Positions 10,184-20,131 of a stretch of DNA of 64,000 bases are shown piece by piece (position 1 is the first letter of the stretch; each line of letters starts with the position of its first letter). The translations under genes and the position numbers were made by a program. Under the pieces are notes generated by a model. The model saw only the letters and a program-made list of their open reading frames with translations. It did not search any database and was not told the DNA's origin. The stretch comes from Chitinophagales bacterium. GTDB taxonomy: Bacteria; Bacteroidota; Bacteroidia; Chitinophagales; LD1. Location: assembly GCA_046329495.1 (NCBI GenBank), contig JAXLUO010000007.1, positions 61,749-125,748 of the forward strand, in the 5' to 3' direction.

Positions 10184-12047
10184 TTAAAACCGGGCATTTT
10201 ACATTATGCCTTACTTCAGCAATCGTTTCACCCAGTATAATGTCCATAATTCCACGGTGGCCGTGTTGCGCAATCACCAGCAGATCTACTTCGCTTTTTT
10301 GCACTAATGCAGGTAACTGTTTTTTAGGGTCGCCAAAGCCCAATACCTCAATAGTATCGTAACCCTGCTCTTTTAACTTGGCTGCGTAGGCCTTTAATTC
10401 AATCCAGTCCTGGTTGGTTTCGTAATCCTTAATATCAGCGCCATAGGAACGTGCGCCGGCTGTTTCTACTACGTGTAGCAGGTAGTATTCGGTATCAGCC
10501 GTGCCCATACCAACTCCTTCGGTAATAGCCCGCACATCATTACCCGAAAAGTCGACACAAATACCAATACGCTTGTAGGTACGGGGCTTAATCAGGGTCA
10601 GCATCTCAGCTTTGCCGTGCGGTACACTGCTTTCGCGTATTGCTTTTTTGTTGGTAATAGCATAGTACAGTATGTAGAGCAGAAACAATCCTACCAGCGA
10701 AACTATAGGCACAATTACCAGGTTAAATACCCATTCACTTCCTTTTAATGCTTCGTGCCACTCGTTAAGGGTATCGTAGGTTAGTTTAATGTTGAGTGCC
10801 AGGATGACCACCGCAGAAAGCCATGCGGCTATTTTTAACTTGGTACCGATAGCAAACTGACCCATCCGCTCCTTATCACTCACAAATTGTATAAGCGGAA
10901 TTACTGCAAAACCCAGTTGTAAGCTCAATATCACCTGCGATAACAGCAACATGTTATCTACTTCCTGTTCGCCCAGGTAATAAATTACCAGGGCTGCAGG
11001 CACCACTGCAATTAAGCGGGTAATTAAGCGGCGCAGCCATGGGGCAATACGCAGGTCAAGGTAGCCTTCCATTACAATCTGCCCCGCGAGGGTGCCGGTG
11101 ATGGTGGAACTTTGCCCTGCAGCAATTAAGGCAATGGCAAACAGTAGTGGGGCCAGTTGTTTACCCAATAAAGGTTCTAACATGCTATGCGCGCTGGCTA
11201 TGCTTCGTACCTCGTGGTGGCCGCTGGTAAAGAATACGGCGGCGGAAAGAATAAGGATACTGGCATTTACAAACAAAGCCAGATTCAACGCAATGGCCGA
11301 ATCGAAGAAGTTGTAACGGATGGCTTCCCAAAGTCCGGGCTCGTCGCGCTTTACGTGCCGCGTTTGCACGAGTGCCGAATGCAGATACAAATTATGTGGC
11401 ATTACGGTAGCCCCAATAATGCCTATGGCAATATACAAGGCATCGTGCGAAAGAGCAGAGGGCACCAGCCCCCTTACAATTTCGCCACCTGCAGGGTGAG
11501 CAAAAAACAGCTCAATAAAAAACGAAGCGCCTATTATGGAAACCAACGCAAAAATGAACGCCTCCATATAGCGCATTCCCCGGCTCTGCAGAAACAGTAT
11601 AATAAAGGTATCCAGCACAGCCAGCGAAACACCGATTAATAAGGGTAAGCCGAACAATAAGTTCAAACCGATTGCCATACCCAGCACTTCGGCCAAATCG
11701 CAGGCGGCAATGGCAATTTCGGCCAATAACCAAAGCGGTATATTAATAATAGAAGGATAGGTTTCGCGCGAGGCTTGTGCCAGGTCCTTTCCTGCTACCA
11801 CTCCCAAACGGGCGCTTAGCGATTGCAGCAGCAGCGCGATTACATTACTCATCAATAGTACCCATAATAGCTGATAGCCAAAACGGCTACCGCCTGCTAT
11901 GTCGGTGGCCCAGTTGCCGGGGTCCATATACCCCACCGCCACCAAAAAAGCAGGACCTATAAACAGCATAAAGCGTTTCCAGGGGCTGCTGGTGCGGGTG
12001 GTATCTATACTGGCGTGTACGTCCGACAGGGACTTGTGTTCTTCCAC
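10176..12047 (-). CDS. mntH: Nramp-family divalent-metal (Mn2+/Fe2+) transporter fused to a C-terminal universal-stress-protein domain
   Basis: DPGNWATDIAGGS Nramp signature and about 11 TM segments. The C-terminal ~140 aa has USP features (YYLLHVVE...LLVIAQHGHRG...KCPVLIV). GTG start. Confidence 0.9.
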   Translation of the reverse strand: MEEHKSLSDVHASIDTTRTSSPWKRFMLFIGPAFLVAVGYMDPGNWATDIAGGSRFGYQLLWVLLMSNVIALLLQSLSARLGVVAGKDLAQASRETYPSIINIPLWLLAEIAIAACDLAEVLGMAIGLNLLFGLPLLIGVSLAVLDTFIILFLQSRGMRYMEAFIFALVSIIGASFFIELFFAHPAGGEIVRGLVPSALSHDALYIAIGIIGATVMPHNLYLHSALVQTRHVKRDEPGLWEAIRYNFFDSAIALNLALFVNASILILSAAVFFTSGHHEVRSIASAHSMLEPLLGKQLAPLLFAIALIAAGQSSTITGTLAGQIVMEGYLDLRIAPWLRRLITRLIAVVPAALVIYYLGEQEVDNMLLLSQVILSLQLGFAVIPLIQFVSDKERMGQFAIGTKLKIAAWLSAVVILALNIKLTYDTLNEWHEALKGSEWVFNLVIVPIVSLVGLFLLYILYYAITNKKAIRESSVPHGKAEMLTLIKPRTYKRIGICVDFSGNDVRAITEGVGMGTADTEYYLLHVVETAGARSYGADIKDYETNQDWIELKAYAAKLKEQGYDTIEVLGFGDPKKQLPALVQKSEVDLLVIAQHGHRGIMDIILGETIAEVRHNVKCPVLIV

Positions 12048-12056
12048 GGGTTTAAA

Positions 12057-12074
12057 TTTTAGACAAATCTAAAA
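12057..12074. promoter_or_regulatory. Candidate operator: 7-bp perfect inverted repeat TTTTAGA-caaa-TCTAAAA directly upstream of mntH
   Basis: The palindrome lies 10-27 nt upstream of the GTG start, on the transcribed side. The regulator is unknown. Confidence 0.25.
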
Positions 12075-12475
12075 ATTTATTTCGTGAAAGCTAAAAATAA
12101 ATTTTTGGGGCATATTGTATTAAAAGTTGAAACATACATTTAAATGAATTTATTAGAAAGTTGTTAGAGGATTGACTTTTGGTATTGTGCTTGCTATATT
12201 TAAGCGACAGGAACAGTAAATAAGTGTAACGATAGCGTAACCCTCCTCGGGTTACAGTGGGCAGATACAGTGAATTGGACTAATCGTTACCTAAACAGGA
12301 ACGGGCGAAGTAGTAATTAAGTGTTGTGACATATAAAAATTGTATATGTTTTAAGACAAAAAACGTCTTTATAACTATACAAGAATCGAACGACTTTTTT
12401 TCCGAGAGGAGAAGTAATTGCTGCGCCGATGAAAATTTATTTGCCACACACCTGTAAGTTTTAAATACCCACTGA

Positions 12476-13267
12476 ATGAAACAACTGTACTCCCTGACCC
12501 TGGTACTGGCGTTCTCGGCTTCGGCTATGGCCCAAAATGTTGGTGTAGGAACCAACAACCCCGCATCTAAATTAGATGTAAAAGGAAACTTAACCATTGG
12601 TAACACCTATTCCGGCAATGCGGCACCGGCTAATGGTGCCATCATTCAAGGCCCTGTAGGTATAGGCACTTCCTCCCCCGATGGAAACGCGTTGCTGGAC
12701 CTTACCGCCACCGACAAAGGTTTGCTGTTACCGCGTGTGGCGCTGGTAAGCACCTCTAACCCAATAAGCGGTACCAAGCCCGATGGTTTAATGGTTTACA
12801 ATACCAGTACAACCGGCACTTACTCCACACCGGGGGTATATACATGGAGCACAACTGCTAACGATTGGGTACGCATTATAACCAATACTACGCTTAGCGG
12901 TTCCTTACAGCCATTAACCAACAGCGCTGGTGGCGGTTTAGGCACGTTTAGTTACAATGGCAGCACCGCTACCCAAATAGGTATTGCCAACCAGGGTGTA
13001 GTAACGGGTATGATAGCCAACGATGCGGTAACTACCTCGCAAATAGCCCCTAATACAATTACCAGCGCCGATATGGGCCCTAACTCGGTTGACCTCAGCA
13101 GCGGTGTGGTAACCAACGTGCTGCCCATTAACCGTGGCGGCACCAACACCAACAGTTTAGGCAGTGGTGGTAGTATTGCTTACAGCAACGGCACTTCGTA
13201 TAGCTTTTCGCCGGTTGGTACCGGTGGCCAAGTTTTAATAAGCGGGGGCACAGGCCAACCTACCTGG
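12476..13267 (+). repeat. 792-nt conserved 5' module, copy 1, shared by the two tail-fibre-like genes
   Basis: Colinear with 16267..17058 with no indels. Outside the signal peptide I count about a dozen amino-acid substitutions by eye. The two proteins diverge immediately after GTGQPTW. Confidence 0.9.
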
Positions 13268-16222
13268 ACCTCAGTATCTTCTCTAAATGCCGACTTAACC
13301 CCCGGCACAGGCTTAACAGGTAGCGCCTACGATGGCTCCTCGCCCCAAACGTTTGGGGTAGCTTATGGCACAACCGCAGGAACTGCCGTACAAGGCAACC
13401 AAACAGCAACTATCAGCGCCGGAGCCGGATTAACAGGTGGCGTTACCGCCGATGCTTTGGGCGATGGTGTAACTGCAACTGTAAATGTAGGTGCAGGCAC
13501 CGGTATAAGCGTTAATGCCGATGATATTGCGGTTAAAGTGGATGGTAGTACCATCGATGCCGGCGGAGCAGGGGGCTCGCTGCGCGTTATTAGTATTCCG
13601 GGCGGCAATACAGGGTATATACAAAATACTACCAGCCAGCAAACACCGGCCAATTTTAATATAAGTGGTAACGGTATCCTCGCCGGGGCCACTCCTTTAA
13701 CCTTTACCTCTATCGGTACCGGCAACTATAATAAAACCGTGCTTTACCACGATGCCACACCAAACGGTTTTTATTTGGACCTGGCCCGTACCACCGATGC
13801 TGCCGGCGGTACGCCTATCGACTTCCGGATTGATGCACGTGGTGGAGGGGCAAACTTTTTTAGTATTAAAGGCGCTACAGGCAATGTAGGCATAGGCACG
13901 GCTGCACCCAATGTAAGGTTAGAGGTAAACGGTGCAACCCGCACTTCTTCGCTACAACTCACCAATACCAATACCGTACTTACGCAAGGCAGCGGAAACT
14001 CCATGCGCACTACCACCAACTACGGTTATACCGAAATTGGTCCGCAGAACACGGGATGGAGCCATTTTAATACTGATAGGCCGGCCTTCTGGTTCAATAA
14101 TCCTGTTTATGTAAATGGCGGTCAGTTCAGCAGCTACAATACCAGCGATCTGTTATTGCAAACCAATGGCACCACCCGTATAACTGCGCTTAGCACCAAT
14201 GGTAACGTGGGTATTGGCGTTAGCCCTTCGGCCCGCCTGCATGTTAGTGGTGGCGGTTTGTTGCTGGGCACTAACGGTACTTCATCCAACACACGTACTC
14301 TTACTATTTTAGAAGACGGCGATGCACAAACCAATTTCGGTTCGTATCCCGGTGCATGGACCAGCGCCCTGCAAATTCAGGATAATACCAGCGCTAACCG
14401 TTTTGTTTGGTTATCGCCGCTGGATGCCGGTTCAAGTGCAAATACCCGCCTGGTAAGTGCAGGTAGTGGCTTCGATCTGTATGTAAACGGAAATTCAGGA
14501 AGTTCCGGTTCCCTGGCTATGTCGGTGGCAGCAGGTACTTCCGTAACCCTGCCTTCGCTTAGTGCAGGCGGTTTGGTAAAGTCTTCAGGCGGCACTCTTC
14601 AAATTGCCGGTGGCGGCGATTTACCCGGCGGCAGCGGTAACTATATTCAAAACGGTACAGGTTCACAATCCGCTAATTTTAATATTACCGGTTTTGGTTA
14701 TGCAGGCAACTACTTTCAAACGCCTACCATGTATGTAAGCAACTACCGCCATACAGCCAGCACATACGAAAATGTTTATGCGGATAATAACAGTTCAGGT
14801 GGTTTCAGATTACTGCGTAACGATGGTAATAGCTGGGGCTATTTTTATGCAGATAACGGTGGTATCGGTATTTTGAAAGACGGCAGTTGGGCCATACGCG
14901 CTTCGGGCAGTACCAATGGAACTAACTCCGACGTTAGCTTTTATACCGACGGTGGAAACCGCCGGGCCTATATCAGTAGCGGCGGCTTGTATTTCGATGC
15001 GGCTAATCCATATATTAACGCATCTTCTTATTTCATTTCTCCGGGCGGTGCTTACTTTAACAGCGGCACAGTTTATTTCGAAGCAGCAACACAACACCGC
15101 GGCGGTATACAAAACGATGGTGGCAACTATAATGGCTGGGTGCGTATACACGACGACCTTTGGAGCGCCGGCTGGCTGCGCAGCGATGGCGGTGCAGGCT
15201 GGTATAGCCAAAGTTATGGTGGCGGATGGAACATGGTGGATGGCTCTTATGTTCGCTGCTATGGCGATAAAGCACTTACCTATGGGTTAGGAGCTTACAA
15301 CACCGCTTCAGTTTATGGCGGCTATGCATACGGCAATAGTACCAGCGATGGTCACCGCCAGTTACCCAATCCTAATGCGCCGGGCTCAACCGGATGGGGT
15401 TACCTGGGCCAAAGCAATACCGACTGGTACTATGTTTACACGGATAATCTTGCCAACACTTCTGCCCGCGAAAAGAAACGCGACATTACCCCGCTCGACG
15501 ATGCCATGATGGGCTATGTAATGAGCGATATCGAAAAAATTAAACCGTCATTCTATAAGTATAAAGGCGAATCGGATGAAATGGTTCCCGGATTCGAAAC
15601 CCGCTACCGTCCAAATATGCACCTTGGTGTTATTTTGGATGAAACCCCCGATTACCTGCAGGACAATGCCTTTAGCGGTGTAGACGTTTATGCCATGGGC
15701 GTGTTTGCCCTTACCGGTGTTAAATACCAGCAGAAACAAATTAAAGAGTTACAACAACAGGTAAGCAACAACATGACAGTTGGCACCGGCACAATTACCG
15801 GCACATCCGTAACGGTACAGTTACCCGCAGGTTTTTGTGCAACGGGCGAAACCCCTGTAATCAATATTACACCAACCAGCGCTAATACCGGTTTTTATGT
15901 AAGTGCAGCCGATAGCCGGTCATTCACCGTGGCAGCTAATGGCCCCATGACTTTTAACTGGCAGGCCGTAAAAGTTAGTTCTTCTCCGGCACCAGTAGCC
16001 GATGGTAAAACCAATGTTGATCCTGCCTTAGCAGGTCAGTTAGTGGTTGATCCTTCTATTAAAGATAAGGTGCATGATTACTGGAAAAAATCGAAAGAAC
16101 AGTTGCAGGCCGAATACAAAGTGTATCTGGATGGCGTAAAGCAAAACAATCCGCAGTTATACGAGAAACTATTGCGCGAAAACAAAAGTGCTGAAGACTT
16201 TGTAAAGGCACACAGCGAATAA
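12476..16222 (+). CDS. Secreted tail-fibre-like giant protein with S74-type intramolecular-chaperone (autoproteolytic) domain
   Basis: Signal peptide and Gly/Thr/Asn-rich beta-repeats with a recurring GNVGIGTxxPxxxLxV motif. An S74-like segment starts at about 15461 (TSAREKKRDITPLDD...IKPSFYKYK), followed by a coiled coil (QQKQIKELQQQ) and a further ~155-aa tail. Confidence 0.85.
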   Translation: MKQLYSLTLVLAFSASAMAQNVGVGTNNPASKLDVKGNLTIGNTYSGNAAPANGAIIQGPVGIGTSSPDGNALLDLTATDKGLLLPRVALVSTSNPISGTKPDGLMVYNTSTTGTYSTPGVYTWSTTANDWVRIITNTTLSGSLQPLTNSAGGGLGTFSYNGSTATQIGIANQGVVTGMIANDAVTTSQIAPNTITSADMGPNSVDLSSGVVTNVLPINRGGTNTNSLGSGGSIAYSNGTSYSFSPVGTGGQVLISGGTGQPTWTSVSSLNADLTPGTGLTGSAYDGSSPQTFGVAYGTTAGTAVQGNQTATISAGAGLTGGVTADALGDGVTATVNVGAGTGISVNADDIAVKVDGSTIDAGGAGGSLRVISIPGGNTGYIQNTTSQQTPANFNISGNGILAGATPLTFTSIGTGNYNKTVLYHDATPNGFYLDLARTTDAAGGTPIDFRIDARGGGANFFSIKGATGNVGIGTAAPNVRLEVNGATRTSSLQLTNTNTVLTQGSGNSMRTTTNYGYTEIGPQNTGWSHFNTDRPAFWFNNPVYVNGGQFSSYNTSDLLLQTNGTTRITALSTNGNVGIGVSPSARLHVSGGGLLLGTNGTSSNTRTLTILEDGDAQTNFGSYPGAWTSALQIQDNTSANRFVWLSPLDAGSSANTRLVSAGSGFDLYVNGNSGSSGSLAMSVAAGTSVTLPSLSAGGLVKSSGGTLQIAGGGDLPGGSGNYIQNGTGSQSANFNITGFGYAGNYFQTPTMYVSNYRHTASTYENVYADNNSSGGFRLLRNDGNSWGYFYADNGGIGILKDGSWAIRASGSTNGTNSDVSFYTDGGNRRAYISSGGLYFDAANPYINASSYFISPGGAYFNSGTVYFEAATQHRGGIQNDGGNYNGWVRIHDDLWSAGWLRSDGGAGWYSQSYGGGWNMVDGSYVRCYGDKALTYGLGAYNTASVYGGYAYGNSTSDGHRQLPNPNAPGSTGWGYLGQSNTDWYYVYTDNLANTSAREKKRDITPLDDAMMGYVMSDIEKIKPSFYKYKGESDEMVPGFETRYRPNMHLGVILDETPDYLQDNAFSGVDVYAMGVFALTGVKYQQKQIKELQQQVSNNMTVGTGTITGTSVTVQLPAGFCATGETPVINITPTSANTGFYVSAADSRSFTVAANGPMTFNWQAVKVSSSPAPVADGKTNVDPALAGQLVVDPSIKDKVHDYWKKSKEQLQAEYKVYLDGVKQNNPQLYEKLLRENKSAEDFVKAHSE

Positions 16223-16266
16223 CAGTATACGTAAATCAATCATAACATCAATTAATAGATGAGTTC

Positions 16267-17058
16267 ATGAAACAGTTCTGCTCCCTCACATTGGTTTTGC
16301 TACTTGTTGGAATGGCAAATGCCCAAAATGTTGGTGTAGGAACCAACACCCCTGCGTCTAAATTAGATGTAAAAGGAAACTTAACCATTGGTAATACCTA
16401 CTCCGGCAATGCGGCACCTTCCAATGGTGCCATCATTCAAGGCCCTGTAGGTATAGGTACGCCTTCGCCCGATGGCAATGCCTTGCTGGACCTTACCGCC
16501 ACCGATAAAGGTTTGCTGTTACCGCGTGTGGCGCTGGTAAGTAATTCTAACCCTATTAGCGGTACCAAACCCGATGGTTTAATGGTTTACAATACCAGCA
16601 CTACCGGTACGTATTCCACACCGGGCGTTTATACCTGGAGCACTGCTGCCAACGATTGGGTACGCATTATCACAAACACCACCCTTAGCGGTTCCTTACA
16701 GCCATTAACCAATAGTGCAGGGGGCGGGTTGGCTACCTTTAGTTACAACGGCAGTGCCGCTACACAAATAGGTATTGCCAACCAGGGTGTGGTAACGGGT
16801 ATGATCGCCAACGATGCGGTTACTACTTCACAAATTGCCCCTAATACAATCACCAGTGCCGATATGGGCCCTAACTCGGTTGACCTTAGCAGCGGCGTGG
16901 TAACAAACGTGTTGCCTATCAACCGCGGTGGCACCAACACCAACAGCTTAGGCAGCGGTGGTAGCGTAGCTTACAGTAACGGCACCTCTTATGCATTTTC
17001 TCCGGTAGGCACTTCAGGCCAGGTATTGGTAAGTGGTGGCACCGGTCAGCCTACGTGG
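16267..17058 (+). repeat. 792-nt conserved 5' module, copy 2
   Basis: See copy 1. Synonymous differences are scattered through the module, so this is not a very recent duplication or an assembly artefact. Confidence 0.9.
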
Positions 17059-19914
17059 AGCAATGCCAACACCACGCTTACCAAAAATGATATTACCAGC
17101 AGCACTACAGGTGTTTCTATTACCAACGGCACAGGGCAGGTAGTAGGTGGCAGCAACGTAAGTGTAAATGTAGCCACCAACAGTGCCGCCTCACAGGGTT
17201 TGGTTCCGGCAGGCACCGGTAACAACAACAAAGTATGGGGTACCGATGGTGCCGGCAATCCTTCGTGGAGCAACGTAAGCAATGCGCAGTTGGCTAACAG
17301 CAGCATAACCGTAAACACTACCGGTGGTATTACCGGTGGCGGCACGGTAGCATTAGGCGGTAGCATCACTATTACCGGTAGTGGCGGCACCATTACAGGT
17401 AGCGGCACTACTAACTATGTACCTAAGTGGACACCCAGCGGAACGGTATTGGGCAACAGTCAGATATTTGATAACGGTACCAGTATCGGCGTAGGAACCA
17501 ACGCTCCGGCCGCTCCCTTTCATATATATGGCGATAGGTATACGTATTATGGTCCTAACAGCAGTTGGGGCGAATACCTGCAGGTGGGTGGCAACGGCCG
17601 TGTAACAACAGGAGCTTCGGTGGCAGCAACCAACGGTAACCTGCACCTCGATGCCAAAAACGGAACCTTTGCAACGTATCTTAACTGGTATAGTCAAAAC
17701 AATTTATACTTAGTTGGACAGGGAGGCAACATTGGTGTGGGCACGGCGGTAACCAATAACATGCTGCAACTCCGCTCCGATAATTCCGCACAGGGTATGC
17801 AATGGAACACCAGCAGCTACATTGGTGCCAATCAATGGGGTACCCGTTTGTATAAAACCGATGTGGGCGGCGGTATTCCCCTGCGTATCGAAACGCAAAG
17901 CCTGAATACCTGGTATACCGCTATGGATATCGACCACGGGCAGGACAATGCGCACCCTTCGTTAAAAACTTATTACAATACACAGTTGGCCGTTTCGGGT
18001 GGCAATGTGGGTGTTGGCACCACGGCACCAACCACCAAGTTGCATGTTAATGCAGGCGCTTTGCGTGTAGGCACCAGCAGCACCGATCCCGGTGCTACCG
18101 ATGGTGTTCTTTCTATCGGTAACCAATCGGTTAACTATAACCCTACTACCGGTAACTGGACCACCACGGGCACCACCATGGTGCTTAGTGCATTAGATTA
18201 TTCTACCATAGGTTTTCATGATGCCGGAAGCCGGGTTGATTTCATCCGCACCGGCGGTGGGGTAATGCAACTGGGTTATAATGGCGGATGGGGTGCGGCA
18301 GCCGTGCAGGTGCCTGCTTTGGCCGGCGCCGGTACACGCATGGTAACAGCCGATGTAAACGGCACTTTAGGCGTACAAAGTTTACCCGGTGGTGTATTGC
18401 CATCAGGCACACTGGGGCAAACACTTTATAATAACGGCAGCACATGGGTTAACACAAGCAACTTATATAACGATGGCGCGCAAATTAACCTGGGCAGTTT
18501 TACGACAGCCGATGCCGACGAATGGCCTAAAGTTACCTGGCTGCGCAACACAGGCCTTGGTTGGGACGAAGGCCTTATTAAAGGCAGCAGTGCCCGCGGT
18601 GCATTTGGCCGCACAGGTTTTGGTGTTCACATGGATGCAAGCAGACACTTTGGTTTCTTCTCTTCTGGTTGGAACCCTCTGCTGGATATAGAAGCAGGTA
18701 CCGGCCGCGTGTATGTGCGCGGTAGTATGGAAATAGGCGATGCAGGTTTTGCTTATGCTGTACCGAATACCTGTGGCGGCAACTGGGTAAGCAATGCCGA
18801 TATGGCCATTTATGTACGCGACAATACCGGCGGTTGTGGCGACGAAGCTTACATTGCACACTATGCCCGCAGCGGCGAATCAACTACGCTGGAAATTGGT
18901 AATAAGAATGATGCCGATGATCATATTGCCCTTATGCCTTCGGGTAACGTAGGTATTGGCACTACCGCTCCTGAATGGAGAACCCATATCGAAGGGGTAA
19001 ATACACCAAGCTTATTGATGCGCCAAAACGGTACGCATTCCTACGGTATTATGCTGGGTTTAGAAACCTACGATAACGGTGCTCAATCGCAGGACGGTCC
19101 GCGCATCGGCTTCCATAAACGCGGTGCTAAAACCTGGGCCACAGGTATACAAAACGGTGCGGGCGCCCACGGCTATATGGTTTGGGAAGATGGTTACAAT
19201 GGCGGCTGGGGTACTACCCGTTTCGAAATCGGTACAGGAAATAACCGGGCGGTATTTTATAAAGGCCGTGCCAGCGGCGATTGGCCCGAAGCTGATTTGG
19301 TTTTGCAACGCAATGGCGCGCTAACCTATTTCCCAAGCGTTAGCTTCCATAATCCTGGTCAAACAGCGCCGCAGTGGTTAGGTGCATACAGCCCCGAACG
19401 TTTAAATGCCGGTACCTGTTGTGGCGGTGCGTGGGCTAACGTGGCAGCTTTAGGTTTCCAAACCATCAGCGATGTAAGCATGAAAAAGGATATTAAGCCT
19501 CTGGGCGAAGAGGATTACAGTACATCGCTGGCCAATATCCGCCAAATTAACTCTATCCGTTATTTGTATAATAGCGAAATACCAACCGATCCTGAGCCAT
19601 ATAGTGGTATGATTAAGCGCACCAAACCGCACTTAGGCTTTACCGCCCAAAGCTTACCTTCAGAAGTGGTAGTAGAAGACCTTACCAAAAGTTCCTCTAC
19701 TAATCAGGATGGTTATATTCTGGGTTACAGTTTAAATGATATGGATGGGTTATTGGTAGCCGGTGTAAAAGCTCTGGATGCCAACCAGGTGAAGCAGAAC
19801 AGCGAACTGGAAGCCCTGAAAGAAACTGTAGCTAAACAACAACAGCAGATAGAAACTCTTACTAAACTGTTAGAACAACAACTACAACAGCAAAAAGATA
19901 TACAACCGCGGTAA
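16267..19914 (+). CDS. Secreted tail-fibre-like giant protein, paralog of 12476..16222, with C-terminal S74-type chaperone domain
   Basis: Same N-terminal ~264 aa as the upstream gene, then a divergent body. An S74-like segment starts at about 19468 (SDVSMKKDIKPLGEED...INSIRYLYN), followed by a terminal coiled coil (LEALKETVAKQQQQIETLTKLLEQQLQQQ). Confidence 0.85.
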   Translation: MKQFCSLTLVLLLVGMANAQNVGVGTNTPASKLDVKGNLTIGNTYSGNAAPSNGAIIQGPVGIGTPSPDGNALLDLTATDKGLLLPRVALVSNSNPISGTKPDGLMVYNTSTTGTYSTPGVYTWSTAANDWVRIITNTTLSGSLQPLTNSAGGGLATFSYNGSAATQIGIANQGVVTGMIANDAVTTSQIAPNTITSADMGPNSVDLSSGVVTNVLPINRGGTNTNSLGSGGSVAYSNGTSYAFSPVGTSGQVLVSGGTGQPTWSNANTTLTKNDITSSTTGVSITNGTGQVVGGSNVSVNVATNSAASQGLVPAGTGNNNKVWGTDGAGNPSWSNVSNAQLANSSITVNTTGGITGGGTVALGGSITITGSGGTITGSGTTNYVPKWTPSGTVLGNSQIFDNGTSIGVGTNAPAAPFHIYGDRYTYYGPNSSWGEYLQVGGNGRVTTGASVAATNGNLHLDAKNGTFATYLNWYSQNNLYLVGQGGNIGVGTAVTNNMLQLRSDNSAQGMQWNTSSYIGANQWGTRLYKTDVGGGIPLRIETQSLNTWYTAMDIDHGQDNAHPSLKTYYNTQLAVSGGNVGVGTTAPTTKLHVNAGALRVGTSSTDPGATDGVLSIGNQSVNYNPTTGNWTTTGTTMVLSALDYSTIGFHDAGSRVDFIRTGGGVMQLGYNGGWGAAAVQVPALAGAGTRMVTADVNGTLGVQSLPGGVLPSGTLGQTLYNNGSTWVNTSNLYNDGAQINLGSFTTADADEWPKVTWLRNTGLGWDEGLIKGSSARGAFGRTGFGVHMDASRHFGFFSSGWNPLLDIEAGTGRVYVRGSMEIGDAGFAYAVPNTCGGNWVSNADMAIYVRDNTGGCGDEAYIAHYARSGESTTLEIGNKNDADDHIALMPSGNVGIGTTAPEWRTHIEGVNTPSLLMRQNGTHSYGIMLGLETYDNGAQSQDGPRIGFHKRGAKTWATGIQNGAGAHGYMVWEDGYNGGWGTTRFEIGTGNNRAVFYKGRASGDWPEADLVLQRNGALTYFPSVSFHNPGQTAPQWLGAYSPERLNAGTCCGGAWANVAALGFQTISDVSMKKDIKPLGEEDYSTSLANIRQINSIRYLYNSEIPTDPEPYSGMIKRTKPHLGFTAQSLPSEVVVEDLTKSSSTNQDGYILGYSLNDMDGLLVAGVKALDANQVKQNSELEALKETVAKQQQQIETLTKLLEQQLQQQKDIQPR

Positions 19915-19940
19915 GCGTTTAGTTTTCCGCTATCCTGAAT

Positions 19941-19970
19941 CGGCATGGGTGTAAACTCGTGCCGTTTTTA
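19941..19970 (+). terminator. Rho-independent terminator after the second tail-fibre-like gene
   Basis: A 9-bp stem (CGGCATGGG...CTCGTGCCG, including G-U pairs) followed by TTTTT. Confidence 0.65.
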
Positions 19971-20131
19971 TGTACAAAGGGTAATACGTGCGTGGCTAAG
20001 GTTCCGGCACCTGCTCTCAGACGGCGCTATTCTAAAATCTTTTTACAATCATAACAATCCGTGTTCATCCGCGTTCCATTTGTAGTATGAGTTCTGTAAT
20101 CTCTCTCTGCTTTTCACTAATTTGCAATTCT

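Noticed and set aside
12280-12606. 108-aa minus-strand ORF spanning the start of the first tail-fibre-like gene
   Set aside because: It overlaps the signal-peptide region of a strongly supported gene and an AT-rich spacer, and has no motif support.
13363-19308. Numerous 60-135-aa antisense ORFs inside the tail-fibre-like genes (for example 13363..13725, 14810..15211, 17046..17408, 18463..18861)
   Set aside because: These are by-products of Gly/Thr/Asn-rich GGN/ACN/AAC codon runs, which leave other frames open. All of them are nested in the two long ORFs.
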